This document shows, one piece after another, positions 40,105-48,956 of a stretch of DNA of 64,000 bases. The stretch lies in assembly GCA_900769975.1 (NCBI GenBank), contig CAAGIR010000142.1, positions 3,869 through 67,868 of the forward strand, given 5' to 3'. Below the pieces are notes generated by a model. The model worked only from the letters and a program-made list of their open reading frames with translations, made no database searches and had not been told where the DNA came from. Within the stretch, counting starts at the first letter, position 1. Each line of letters begins with the position of its first letter. The DNA comes from Spirochaetia bacterium. Lineage in GTDB: Bacteria > Spirochaetota > Spirochaetia > Treponematales > Treponemataceae. The position numbers and the translations under genes were made by a program.

Positions 40105-41322
40105 ATGTATAATTCTGATAATACTTGCGAAACAATTTTTTCTGTTTCAGAAATAACCTCCGTAATAAAAGAAGTGCTGGAAACTTCATTTTCAAATATT
40201 ATAATTGAAGGAGAAATTTCCAACTGGAGGCCGAGTTCTTCTGGCCACATATATTTTACTTTAAAAGATAATAATGCTCAATTAAAAGCCGTAATATTCA
40301 GAAGTTCCGCATATAAGCTTAATTTTTCTCCAAAAGACGGTGATAAAGTTCGCTGTTACGGAAATCTAACTGTTTACGCAGCTTCGGGAAATTATCAGAT
40401 CGTCATAAATAAAATGCAATTGGCTGGAACTGGAAATATTCTGCAAATGCTTGAAGAACGGAAAAGAAAGCTTGCAGCAGAAGGACTTTTTGATTCAGAT
40501 AAAAAAAAACCGCTTCCATTGTTTCCCACAACTATTGGTGTAGTAACAAGTCCCACAGGTGCCGCTATACGTGATATTTTAAATATTGCAAAACGACGAA
40601 ATCCGAAAATCAATATAATTGTACTGCCTGCTTTGGTACAGGGGGATATTGCTTCACAAACAATTGTAAAAATGATAGAAATTGCAAATTTTTACAAGAT
40701 GTGTGATGTTCTGATTGTTGGACGAGGCGGAGGTTCTCTGGAAGATTTGCTGCCTTTTAGCGAAGAAAATGTTGTTCGGGCAGTTGCTGCTTCAAAAATA
40801 CCTGTAATAAGCGCTGTAGGGCACGAAATTGACTGGGCAATTTGTGATTATGCAGCCGATTTCAGGGCACCGACTCCTTCTGCCGCTGCAGAAATGGCAA
40901 TTCCTGTTTTATCAGATTTAAAACAAGAACTATCAACTTACAAAGAATTCTTTTATGACACTATAAATCAGCGCATCAAAAATACAAGACTTATGATAAA
41001 ATCTTTTAATCCACAATCGCTTGAAACAAAATTCAGGTCAATACAGACACCGCTTCTTTTACGATTTGACAAAGCAAAAGAAAATCTGCATGAAAATCTG
41101 CTAAACAAGATAAAAGATTACAGAAATAAAATCACAAATTATCTGACAGTTTTGGAAAATGCAAGTCCTCAGACAATTTTTGAACGAGGTTATTCAATGG
41201 TAAAAGATAAAAACGGCAATATTATACGCAATAAAAATCAGGTAGCAAAAGGCGATGAAATTTTTATCACTCTTGCAAAAGGTGAAATATCAGCAATTGT
41301 GAATACAGATGGTAGCAAATAA
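40105..41322 (+). CDS. xseA: Exodeoxyribonuclease VII large subunit
   Basis: OB-fold N-terminus (IIIEGEISNWRPSSSGHIYFTLKD) then the catalytic ExoVII_L domain. Confidence 0.85.
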   Translation: MYNSDNTCETIFSVSEITSVIKEVLETSFSNIIIEGEISNWRPSSSGHIYFTLKDNNAQLKAVIFRSSAYKLNFSPKDGDKVRCYGNLTVYAASGNYQIVINKMQLAGTGNILQMLEERKRKLAAEGLFDSDKKKPLPLFPTTIGVVTSPTGAAIRDILNIAKRRNPKINIIVLPALVQGDIASQTIVKMIEIANFYKMCDVLIVGRGGGSLEDLLPFSEENVVRAVAASKIPVISAVGHEIDWAICDYAADFRAPTPSAAAEMAIPVLSDLKQELSTYKEFFYDTINQRIKNTRLMIKSFNPQSLETKFRSIQTPLLLRFDKAKENLHENLLNKIKDYRNKITNYLTVLENASPQTIFERGYSMVKDKNGNIIRNKNQVAKGDEIFITLAKGEISAIVNTDGSK

Positions 41323-41374
41323 AAATAAATGAAAATATATGAAAATAAACAAGAATAAATATACAGGAGCAAAT

Positions 41375-41632
41375 ATGAATAATTTTGAAGAAAATCTGAA
41401 AAAACTTGAAAAAATAACAAACGATATTAAAAAAAGCGACATTTCTTTGGAAGATGCTTTAAAAAATTTTGAAGAAGGAATTAAACTGGCAGCGGGAATG
41501 GAAAAACAACTTGATAAAATTGAAGGAAAAATCCAGATTTTAATGAATGAACCGCAGCCACAGGACGAAAACAACAAACCTGTTTTAGATTCTTTTAACG
41601 ATGACAGTGAAGTTAGCGGAACAAGAAGATGA
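41375..41632 (+). CDS. xseB: Exodeoxyribonuclease VII small subunit
   Basis: MNNFEENLKKLEKI...SLEDALKNFEEGIKL is the typical XseB helical hairpin. The start is chosen at the internal Met (the track ORF extends to 41339). Confidence 0.8.
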   Translation: MNNFEENLKKLEKITNDIKKSDISLEDALKNFEEGIKLAAGMEKQLDKIEGKIQILMNEPQPQDENNKPVLDSFNDDSEVSGTRR

Positions 41633-43500
41633 GCGAAAAAAATCCTGTAAAACCACTGAATGCAGAAGTTGCAAGAAAAATTGCCGCTGGCGAAGTAATT
41701 GACAGACCAAATGCAATAATCAGGGAATTAATCGATAACAGCATAGACTCTGGTGCAAAAAGCATCACAGTTGAAATATCACAAGGTGGAATCGAAAAAA
41801 TCAGAATTATTGATGATGGCTGCGGAATGACAAAAGATGATTTATTTAATTGTGCCCGTCCTCATGCAACAAGTAAAATTTCATCAGAAGTAGATTTATT
41901 AAATCTTCACACTTTGGGATTTCGTGGAGAAGCACTTTCGTCTATTGCTGCCGTATCAAGGCTTTCTATTGCAAGCGGTGGATGGAAAATGCGTGCCAGC
42001 ATCACAGAAGATCATATTATAGAACCGTCATCTCCTGTAAATGGCACAATTGTACAATCTGAAGGCCTTTTTGAAAATTTTCCAGCCAGAAGACAATTTT
42101 TAAAACGACCTGCAACAGAAGCAATTATGTGCAAAAATACATTTATAGAAAAATCTCTTGCACATCCAGACATTTCTTTCAGGTTTATACAGGACGGAGA
42201 AATTAAACTTGATCTGCCTCCAAATCAAACTTTAAAAGACCGCTTTATTATGGCAAACGGATACACACAGGCTCCAGAACTCTTTTTTACCGTTACAAAT
42301 TCTTCCAAAAATCATGATAAAAATAACGAAGAATGGAGTTTTTCTGTAATAATCGGGGAACCAGCCGTAAGTAAGCCAAACAAAAAAGACATTTCAATTT
42401 TCACAAATGGCAGAAAAATTCAGGAATATTCGCTTGTCCAGGCCGTTGAATATGGATGCCAGGGATTTTTTCCAAATGGAACTTACCCTGTGGCTGGCGT
42501 TTTTATTCAAATAAGGCCAGATTTGGTAGATTTTAATATTCATCCTGCAAAAAAAGAAGCTCGTTTTTACGATATTTCAGATTTACATCATGGATTAAGC
42601 AGCACTTTAAAAGATTTTTTTAAACAGTATACTTTTGCAAACTTTTTAGAAGATAAACCTGCCGATGAAATAAGATTTTCTGAAACAGCACAAAATAATT
42701 TTAATTTTTATCAAAGCAATTCGCAATCTAAAAACCAAAATATTGGACAAAAAAATCCTTATTCTTCCATTCATTATAAAACTTCGGAAACTGTTTCAAA
42801 CGGACTTTCAGATTTTCGCTCAAAATATCTGGGAATTAAATCAAACAGTCAAAATCAAGATTATCAGAACAAAATGACGAGAACGCAGATTTCTGATATT
42901 GCACAACAAGCGTTAGACGAACAGACTGTTTCACCGCAAAAAGAAAACACATCTCAGGTAAAATATATCGGTTCATGCCTTGGCACTTTTCTGCTTGCCG
43001 AAAAAAACAATTGCCTTTATATAATTGACCAGCATGCTGCACACGAAAGAATTTTATTTGACAAACTGATGAATTCTCAATCAGAAAATGCAACGCAAAA
43101 CCTTTTGATTCCGTACAAAATCCACACCGAATCAAAAATCCAAGATCAGCAGCTTGAAAAACTTCAACACCGTTTGAAACAGATTGGTTTTTCCATTCAA
43201 AAAGTGAGCGAAGGTTATTGGGAAGTTACTGCAATTCCAGAACGCTGGACTGGTTCCGAATATGATTTACGCCAATATCTTTTTGTAAAACACGTCGAAC
43301 CAGAAGAAATTATACGTTCCATTGCCGCAATGACTGCATGTAAAGCGGCAGTTAAAGACGGTTATGTACTTGATGATGTGACAGCAGAAAAACTTGTATG
43401 CCAGTCTTTTACACTGCCAGATCCTCACTGTCCGCATGGAAGGCCTGTTTACACAGTAATCAGTCGCGAAAAATTGTTCGAAATGGTAAAACGCACGTAG
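41629..43500 (+). CDS. mutL: DNA mismatch repair protein MutL
   Basis: GHKL ATPase motifs (ELIDNSIDSG, DDGCGM) and a C-terminal dimerisation domain. The start overlaps the xseB stop. Confidence 0.9.
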   Translation: MSEKNPVKPLNAEVARKIAAGEVIDRPNAIIRELIDNSIDSGAKSITVEISQGGIEKIRIIDDGCGMTKDDLFNCARPHATSKISSEVDLLNLHTLGFRGEALSSIAAVSRLSIASGGWKMRASITEDHIIEPSSPVNGTIVQSEGLFENFPARRQFLKRPATEAIMCKNTFIEKSLAHPDISFRFIQDGEIKLDLPPNQTLKDRFIMANGYTQAPELFFTVTNSSKNHDKNNEEWSFSVIIGEPAVSKPNKKDISIFTNGRKIQEYSLVQAVEYGCQGFFPNGTYPVAGVFIQIRPDLVDFNIHPAKKEARFYDISDLHHGLSSTLKDFFKQYTFANFLEDKPADEIRFSETAQNNFNFYQSNSQSKNQNIGQKNPYSSIHYKTSETVSNGLSDFRSKYLGIKSNSQNQDYQNKMTRTQISDIAQQALDEQTVSPQKENTSQVKYIGSCLGTFLLAEKNNCLYIIDQHAAHERILFDKLMNSQSENATQNLLIPYKIHTESKIQDQQLEKLQHRLKQIGFSIQKVSEGYWEVTAIPERWTGSEYDLRQYLFVKHVEPEEIIRSIAAMTACKAAVKDGYVLDDVTAEKLVCQSFTLPDPHCPHGRPVYTVISREKLFEMVKRT

Positions 43501-43509
43501 TTTAAATTT

Positions 43510-45486
43510 TTATTCTGCAATACTTGCATACAATATTTCAATCAGACTTTCCACTTCTGCTTTCCTGAATTGCGGGGCATTTTTCTGCACATGCAAAAGC
43601 ATTTTTAATGATTTATCGAGTTCGCCTTTCTGCAGATAAATTTTTCCCAGATTAACAAAAGAATTCCAATCCGATTCATTTTGTTCTATCAGTTTTTCAT
43701 AAATATTCATAGCGTCATCTAAATCACCATTTTCAAGATAAGCATTTCCCAGATTACTTAAAATGCTTGAATCTGCAGTTTTTTGTGCCGCTTTTTCATA
43801 ATGAAAAATTGCCTGACTGTAATTTTTCTTGATAACGTAAGCGGTGCCGAGATTATTGTTTACTTCAAAACCATCTTTATCATTATCATAAACAGAATTC
43901 AAAAGATCAAGAACGTAATCAACATCACAATCATCTTCTTCCATAAGAATTGCACTTAAATTAATTTTTGCTTTCTCATGATTTTGATTAATTTCCATAA
44001 CTTCTCTGTATCTTTTTTTTGCTTCGGTCAGTTTGCCATTTTTTTCCAGAATTAAAGCATAATTATAAATAATATTTGATTTGTTTTTATCATCTTTTAC
44101 AAATCCTTTTTCGTCATAAGCCTGCCATGCATATTGCAAAGCGTCACCTAATTTTCCTTCTTCAAGCAACACAATAGAATAATTATATTTTGCTATTGCT
44201 GATTCTGCACTTTTTGGCCGCATTTCTATTGCTTTGTTGTAACATTCTTCTGATTTTTTATTCTGATTTGTCTGAAAGTAAAGATTTCCAAGTTCTTCAT
44301 AAATTACAGGATTGTCAGATGTTAATTCAAGCAATTGTTTATAATAATTTTCTGCTTCATCATAATTTTTTTGGCGCATATTCAGTCTGGCCATTTCCAG
44401 AATTGCCTTTTCATAATCTGGTTTTATTGTAATTGCCTCTGTATATGCTTTTTCGGCATTTTCAGTTTGATTCAATTTTAAATACGTTAGTCCCAGATTA
44501 TATTTACTCTGATAAAACTTATTGTCCAGCTGACATGCTTTTTCGAAATTAATTTTTGCTTCATTATAATTGCGTTTTAAATAATAAATTTTTCCCATAT
44601 CATAATAATACAAAGGATTCTCTTTATTTTTTTCCAACGCTTTTTTTAGTTCTTCAAGTGCGTCATCATATTTTTTGTTTAAACTTGCCTGTTTTGACAA
44701 AGCATAATGTGCAGTGTCGTTATTTTCATCAGTTTCAAGAATTTTTCTAGCTATTTCGGCCGCCTTGTTGATTTTTTCTGCTTTGTTTTGAGAATTTTCT
44801 GTCTCTTCTGCTTCATTCAAAAGTTTTTCTATTTCTTCTTTTTCTTTTTTCTGATTTTCCTGCTCTTCCAGTTCTGCCTTCTTTTTCAGTTCAGCTTGTC
44901 TCTTCTGCTCCGCTTCCCTTGCTTTCTGCTCTTCCAGTTCTGCCTTCTTTTTCAGTTCGGCTTGTCTCTTCTGCTCCGCTTCACTTGCTTTCTGCTCTTC
45001 CAGTTCAGCCTTCTTTTTCAGTTCGGCTTGTCTCTTCTGCTCCGCCTCCCTAGCCTTCTGCTCTTCCAGTTCAGCCTTCTTTTTCAGTTCAGCCTGTCTC
45101 TTCTGTTCCGCCTCCCTTGCTTTCTGCTCTTCCAGTTCTGCCTTCTTTTTCAGTTCGGCCTGCCTCTTATCTTCCGCCTCCTCCGCACGCAGTTCCGCAT
45201 CCCTTACCTTTTGCTCTTCCAGTTCAGCCTGCAATTTTTTTTCTTCTATATCATTTTGCGACAGAGATGACACTTCTTCATCATTTTTTGCCCGTTTTGA
45301 ATTGTTTGAGATGTTTTTTTCAACATAATATTTATGTCCGTTTTCGAAATTTCCGCTTTTTTGATTATTAACATTTTCACACTGCCGAAACATCATCATT
45401 AAAATCAAAAAAATTATAAAAGCGACAATCACCAGAATGAATAATTTCTTTTTTTTATTTTTGTCTGTGCCTTCCTTTTTATCCAT
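43510..45486 (-). CDS. TPR-repeat membrane-anchored protein with an internal coiled-coil tandem-repeat array
   Basis: N-terminal transmembrane segment, about six copies of a 22-aa unit (AELKKKAELEEQKAREAEQKRQ), then multiple TPR units (A-x3-Y/W-x-A pattern). Confidence 0.7.
   Translation of the reverse strand: MDKKEGTDKNKKKKLFILVIVAFIIFLILMMMFRQCENVNNQKSGNFENGHKYYVEKNISNNSKRAKNDEEVSSLSQNDIEEKKLQAELEEQKVRDAELRAEEAEDKRQAELKKKAELEEQKAREAEQKRQAELKKKAELEEQKAREAEQKRQAELKKKAELEEQKASEAEQKRQAELKKKAELEEQKAREAEQKRQAELKKKAELEEQENQKKEKEEIEKLLNEAEETENSQNKAEKINKAAEIARKILETDENNDTAHYALSKQASLNKKYDDALEELKKALEKNKENPLYYYDMGKIYYLKRNYNEAKINFEKACQLDNKFYQSKYNLGLTYLKLNQTENAEKAYTEAITIKPDYEKAILEMARLNMRQKNYDEAENYYKQLLELTSDNPVIYEELGNLYFQTNQNKKSEECYNKAIEMRPKSAESAIAKYNYSIVLLEEGKLGDALQYAWQAYDEKGFVKDDKNKSNIIYNYALILEKNGKLTEAKKRYREVMEINQNHEKAKINLSAILMEEDDCDVDYVLDLLNSVYDNDKDGFEVNNNLGTAYVIKKNYSQAIFHYEKAAQKTADSSILSNLGNAYLENGDLDDAMNIYEKLIEQNESDWNSFVNLGKIYLQKGELDKSLKMLLHVQKNAPQFRKAEVESLIEILYASIAE
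44840..45210. repeat. In-frame 66-bp tandem repeat array (about 6 units) within the TPR gene
   Basis: Near-identical 66-bp units (ctgctcttccagttc[a/t]gccttctttttcagttc[a/g]gcttgtctcttctgctccgc...). Each encodes one 22-aa coiled-coil unit. Confidence 0.85.
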
Positions 45487-46832
45487 TAATCAAGCTCTCC
45501 TTCCTGTTCATATTCAAAAATTTCTTCAGCGCCCGAACTAATATTGGTAGAATCATTTTTTTGCAGCGAATTCTGTACATCTTCCAGTAATTTTTGTCTT
45601 TTTTCGTTTTCTGCTTTCATTAATTCTTCAAATATTTCCAGGCGTTTTTGTTTTTCTTCATCTTCCTTTGCTTTTTTACGCAAATATTCTTCCTGTTCCT
45701 GACGTTTTTTCAAAAGTTTCTGTTGTTTTTCCCATTCTTCCAGTTCTTTTTGAGTCTGGATATTCAGTTTCTGCAATTCCTTTGCTTCTTCATCAGAAAG
45801 GTTTTCCCACAATCCGTCTGTTTTTTCATACAGTTCCTTATCTTTTGCAGACAAAATGTCATCTTCAATATCCTTGTTTATGTCCTGCCAGTTATTTGAA
45901 TTTTCTTTTTCATTATCATCCTCTTCTTTTACTTCCTGCTGATTATCATAATTTTCTTTATCCAGTTCTTTTTCTGCAATTTCCTGCCATGAACTGTTTT
46001 TCTTTTCACTTTCCGTTTCCTGTGACGAAGTTTTTTCCACTAATATTTCTTCCCAAGGTCTTTTAGGTTTGTCAGACTGAATTCCATCCAGATTTTTTTC
46101 CGTCACTTTCTGCCAGTTATCCGCATTTTTTTCTTCAATATCCACATCATCCAGTTCATCATCAATAATTTCCCAAACAACATCAACATTATTTTCATTT
46201 TCATCGATTGAAGGATCAATCACTTCCCACCTGGCTTTGTTTTGTTCATCTAAAAGTCTCTGTTCCTCTTTTCTGCGTTCAATTTCATTTGTAATTGCAT
46301 CAATAAGCCTTTCGATTTTTTCTTTTTGCAAAGATTCAGGATTTTTTTCCAGATATTCCAGATAATCATTTTTTGCCAGAACAAGTTTATCATTCATCAA
46401 AAGAGAATTTGCTTTATTCAATAATGCATCATAAAAATCCTTGTCATTTTTGTATGCTATGCCAAAACATTCTGCTGCTTTTTCGTATTGTTTCAACGCA
46501 AAATAAGAATTTCCTTGATTAAACGAAAGAATTTTTATATTCGTAGGTTGAGCGTTAATTCCTCTTTCAAAAGCCTCCACCGATTTTTCATATTCACCCA
46601 GTTGATAATATCCCAAACCCAGGAAATTATACGTATTTGCAAAAACCTGATTATTAAGGATTTCATTTTCCAAAACCTGGACAGCTTCTTTTGGCTTGTT
46701 TTCCTGAAAAAGTTTTTCTCCCTGCGATTGACTGAAACAATATTCACCTATAAAAACAAAAAAAATCAATAAAACGGCAATTTTATTCTTCATTGTGTAA
46801 AACCTCAAAAAAATTAAAAAAAGTATTCCCAT
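45486..46832 (-). CDS. Secreted TPR-like protein with an acidic C-terminal region carrying periodic W-[QE]-[ED]-I motifs
   Basis: Signal peptide, N-terminal TPR-like helices, then a D/E/K-rich region with recurring motifs such as WEIIDDELDD, NWQKVTEKNLD, PWEEILVEK, SWQEIAEKELD, NWQDINKDIED and LWENLSDEE. Confidence 0.6.
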   Translation of the reverse strand: MGILFLIFLRFYTMKNKIAVLLIFFVFIGEYCFSQSQGEKLFQENKPKEAVQVLENEILNNQVFANTYNFLGLGYYQLGEYEKSVEAFERGINAQPTNIKILSFNQGNSYFALKQYEKAAECFGIAYKNDKDFYDALLNKANSLLMNDKLVLAKNDYLEYLEKNPESLQKEKIERLIDAITNEIERRKEEQRLLDEQNKARWEVIDPSIDENENNVDVVWEIIDDELDDVDIEEKNADNWQKVTEKNLDGIQSDKPKRPWEEILVEKTSSQETESEKKNSSWQEIAEKELDKENYDNQQEVKEEDDNEKENSNNWQDINKDIEDDILSAKDKELYEKTDGLWENLSDEEAKELQKLNIQTQKELEEWEKQQKLLKKRQEQEEYLRKKAKEDEEKQKRLEIFEELMKAENEKRQKLLEDVQNSLQKNDSTNISSGAEEIFEYEQEGELD

Positions 46833-46950
46833 TCAAAAAAAATTCATTTAAACATTTTTATACTTTTCTTTATTATCGAAGAAAAACATCTGTTTGTTAA
46901 ACATAAAAAGTTATGTTGAATTTTACAAGATTTTGATATATCATAATAAT

Positions 46951-48012
46951 ATGAAAACTGCTAAAACTATTCGAATTTTTATTCTGATTACCATATTTTT
47001 TACTATTTTATACCTTTTTTTTGCATCAAAACCATTATCAAAAGAATATCAGTTTACCCCTGTATGGAACATAAATACTTCGTACCCTGTAGTTAAACCT
47101 TCTCAATTAAAAGAAAATCCCGTTCATTTTCATCTTGGTCAGACTATCGGTTATTTTGATTCAGAAGGAACTATTACACATTACAAATCATTTCCTTCAA
47201 AAGTTTCCATTTCAGACTATTATTATGCTGTTTACGATTCAAATGCGAACAATACTCCGTTTTATTTTCCCGACGGTAAGCAGGCTGGTACAATTAAAGC
47301 AAGCGGATATCCTTATTTTGTTGATGATATTATCTATGTAATGCTGCCAGGCGGTGCCTCTTTTGCAAAATGTGATGATGAAGGCAATGTTATCTGGCAA
47401 TATGAAGGCGTTATCCCCATTACTGCTTTTTCTGCAAAAAAAGATTTTACTGCCATAGGACTTTCTGACGGCACAATTAAAGTTTTTGAAAATAATTCAG
47501 GAACAAATATAATTAATTTTGCACCTGGTGGCAGTGATTATCCAGTTATTTTGGGATTAGACATTTCTGAAAACGGAGAATACATTGCTTCCATATCGGG
47601 TCATAATCAGCAGCGTTTTGTTTTGTCACATAAAGAAGGTTCTCAGCAGAAAATTATTTACCACACTTTTTTGCCAGTAGATTCTCCTTATCGTACTTTA
47701 ATCCATTTTTGCGATTCAAAAAAACGTGTTTATTATAATTATGATGATAAACTTGGCATTTACGATTTAAAATCAAATACAAATTCTGTTGTTCAACTCA
47801 AAAATAAAGTTATTTCTATAGAAGAAAGTAATGATTTTATTTTCCTTTTATCAAAAAAACAGAAAGAATACACTGTTTCACTTATCGAAAATACAAATAC
47901 TCTGGGTGGCAGTTTTTCTTTTGAAGCAGATACAGCATTTATTCATTCTGTTAATAATGATTTATACATTGGAAAAGATAATACCATTTCACGATTGTCA
48001 ATTACAAAATGA
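46951..48012 (+). CDS. Hypothetical membrane-anchored protein, beta-rich (possible beta-propeller)
   Basis: The start is taken at MKTAKTIRIFILITIFFTILYLFF (transmembrane segment). The remainder is beta-rich with short repeated blocks. No catalytic motif. Confidence 0.4.
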   Translation: MKTAKTIRIFILITIFFTILYLFFASKPLSKEYQFTPVWNINTSYPVVKPSQLKENPVHFHLGQTIGYFDSEGTITHYKSFPSKVSISDYYYAVYDSNANNTPFYFPDGKQAGTIKASGYPYFVDDIIYVMLPGGASFAKCDDEGNVIWQYEGVIPITAFSAKKDFTAIGLSDGTIKVFENNSGTNIINFAPGGSDYPVILGLDISENGEYIASISGHNQQRFVLSHKEGSQQKIIYHTFLPVDSPYRTLIHFCDSKKRVYYNYDDKLGIYDLKSNTNSVVQLKNKVISIEESNDFIFLLSKKQKEYTVSLIENTNTLGGSFSFEADTAFIHSVNNDLYIGKDNTISRLSITK

Positions 48013-48071
48013 TTTTCAAACTATAAAATGTAAATCAAAAAAGATACTTTTACGACTTTAGTTAAAAAAGG

Positions 48072-48944
48072 ATGTCAAATATGAAAAAAATTATCAGCAC
48101 TGTTATATCTGTTTTTTTTATGACTTTTCTATTCTGTTTTGAATGGCCTCAAGATAATATTTCGCCTGAATCGTATTCCACTTATTTTGGACAGGAACGT
48201 GGTGGTTTAATTAATAATTCTCTTGTATTTTCCGAACCATCTCAGATAAAAGCGGCAGAAAAAGGTACAATTCTTGCCATTATTCTGGAAAATTACGACG
48301 ATTCAGATTTTTTTCCATCTACTTTGGGTACAAGCGTTATTCTTTCTCACGAAGATAACCTTCAGTCTGTTTATGCAAATTTTGAAATATCATCGCTTAC
48401 ATTAAATGATCAGAATGAAACTGCTGTAGATGCAGGGACAATTTTAGGGGAAAGCGGATCATCTTCCTGGCAGGAAAACAAAGGTCACCTTGAATTCCAG
48501 ATTATCGATACAAAAAACAAATCTGCAATTAATCCAAAAGTTTTAATGCCTAGATCAGAAAAAGAAATTCCGCTTGTTTTGATGGGTATTTGTTTGGAAA
48601 ATAAAAATCACACTTTTTACGATTTAAATGTCTACAAAACTTTCCAGTCAGGGCTTTACAGAGTATATCAGAAAAAAAATGACATTGCTTCGCCTTATAA
48701 AACGACGGTAAGTATTAACGGTGTAATCGTAGATCAGATTCATTATGATACGATAATTCAAGAAAATGAAAAAATCTGTGTTTCTGGTAAAAAGAAATAT
48801 ACAAGCAAAGATATATATCCGAACGAAGATTTGCATTTGCTTGGAGAAGCAATGTTTACGCCTGGAAAAATTACATTAACGCTTGCCGAAGAAGATATTT
48901 TGGGAAATTCCAGACAATTAGTGTATAATATTACTGTAAAATAA
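48072..48944 (+). CDS. Secreted protein with a degenerate M23/LytM-like domain
   Basis: Signal peptide. GTILAII...SVILSHEDNLQSVYANF...VDAGTILGESG...HLEFQI echoes the M23 layout, but the catalytic HxxxD and HxH residues are substituted. Confidence 0.4.
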   Translation: MSNMKKIISTVISVFFMTFLFCFEWPQDNISPESYSTYFGQERGGLINNSLVFSEPSQIKAAEKGTILAIILENYDDSDFFPSTLGTSVILSHEDNLQSVYANFEISSLTLNDQNETAVDAGTILGESGSSSWQENKGHLEFQIIDTKNKSAINPKVLMPRSEKEIPLVLMGICLENKNHTFYDLNVYKTFQSGLYRVYQKKNDIASPYKTTVSINGVIVDQIHYDTIIQENEKICVSGKKKYTSKDIYPNEDLHLLGEAMFTPGKITLTLAEEDILGNSRQLVYNITVK

Positions 48945-48956
48945 TTTTTTTGATAA

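Noticed and set aside
44707-45270. 187-aa plus-strand ORF rich in L/F/Q
   Set aside because: It is an antisense reading of the 66-bp tandem repeats inside the TPR gene and merely echoes the repeat periodicity. The minus-strand TPR ORF is the real gene.
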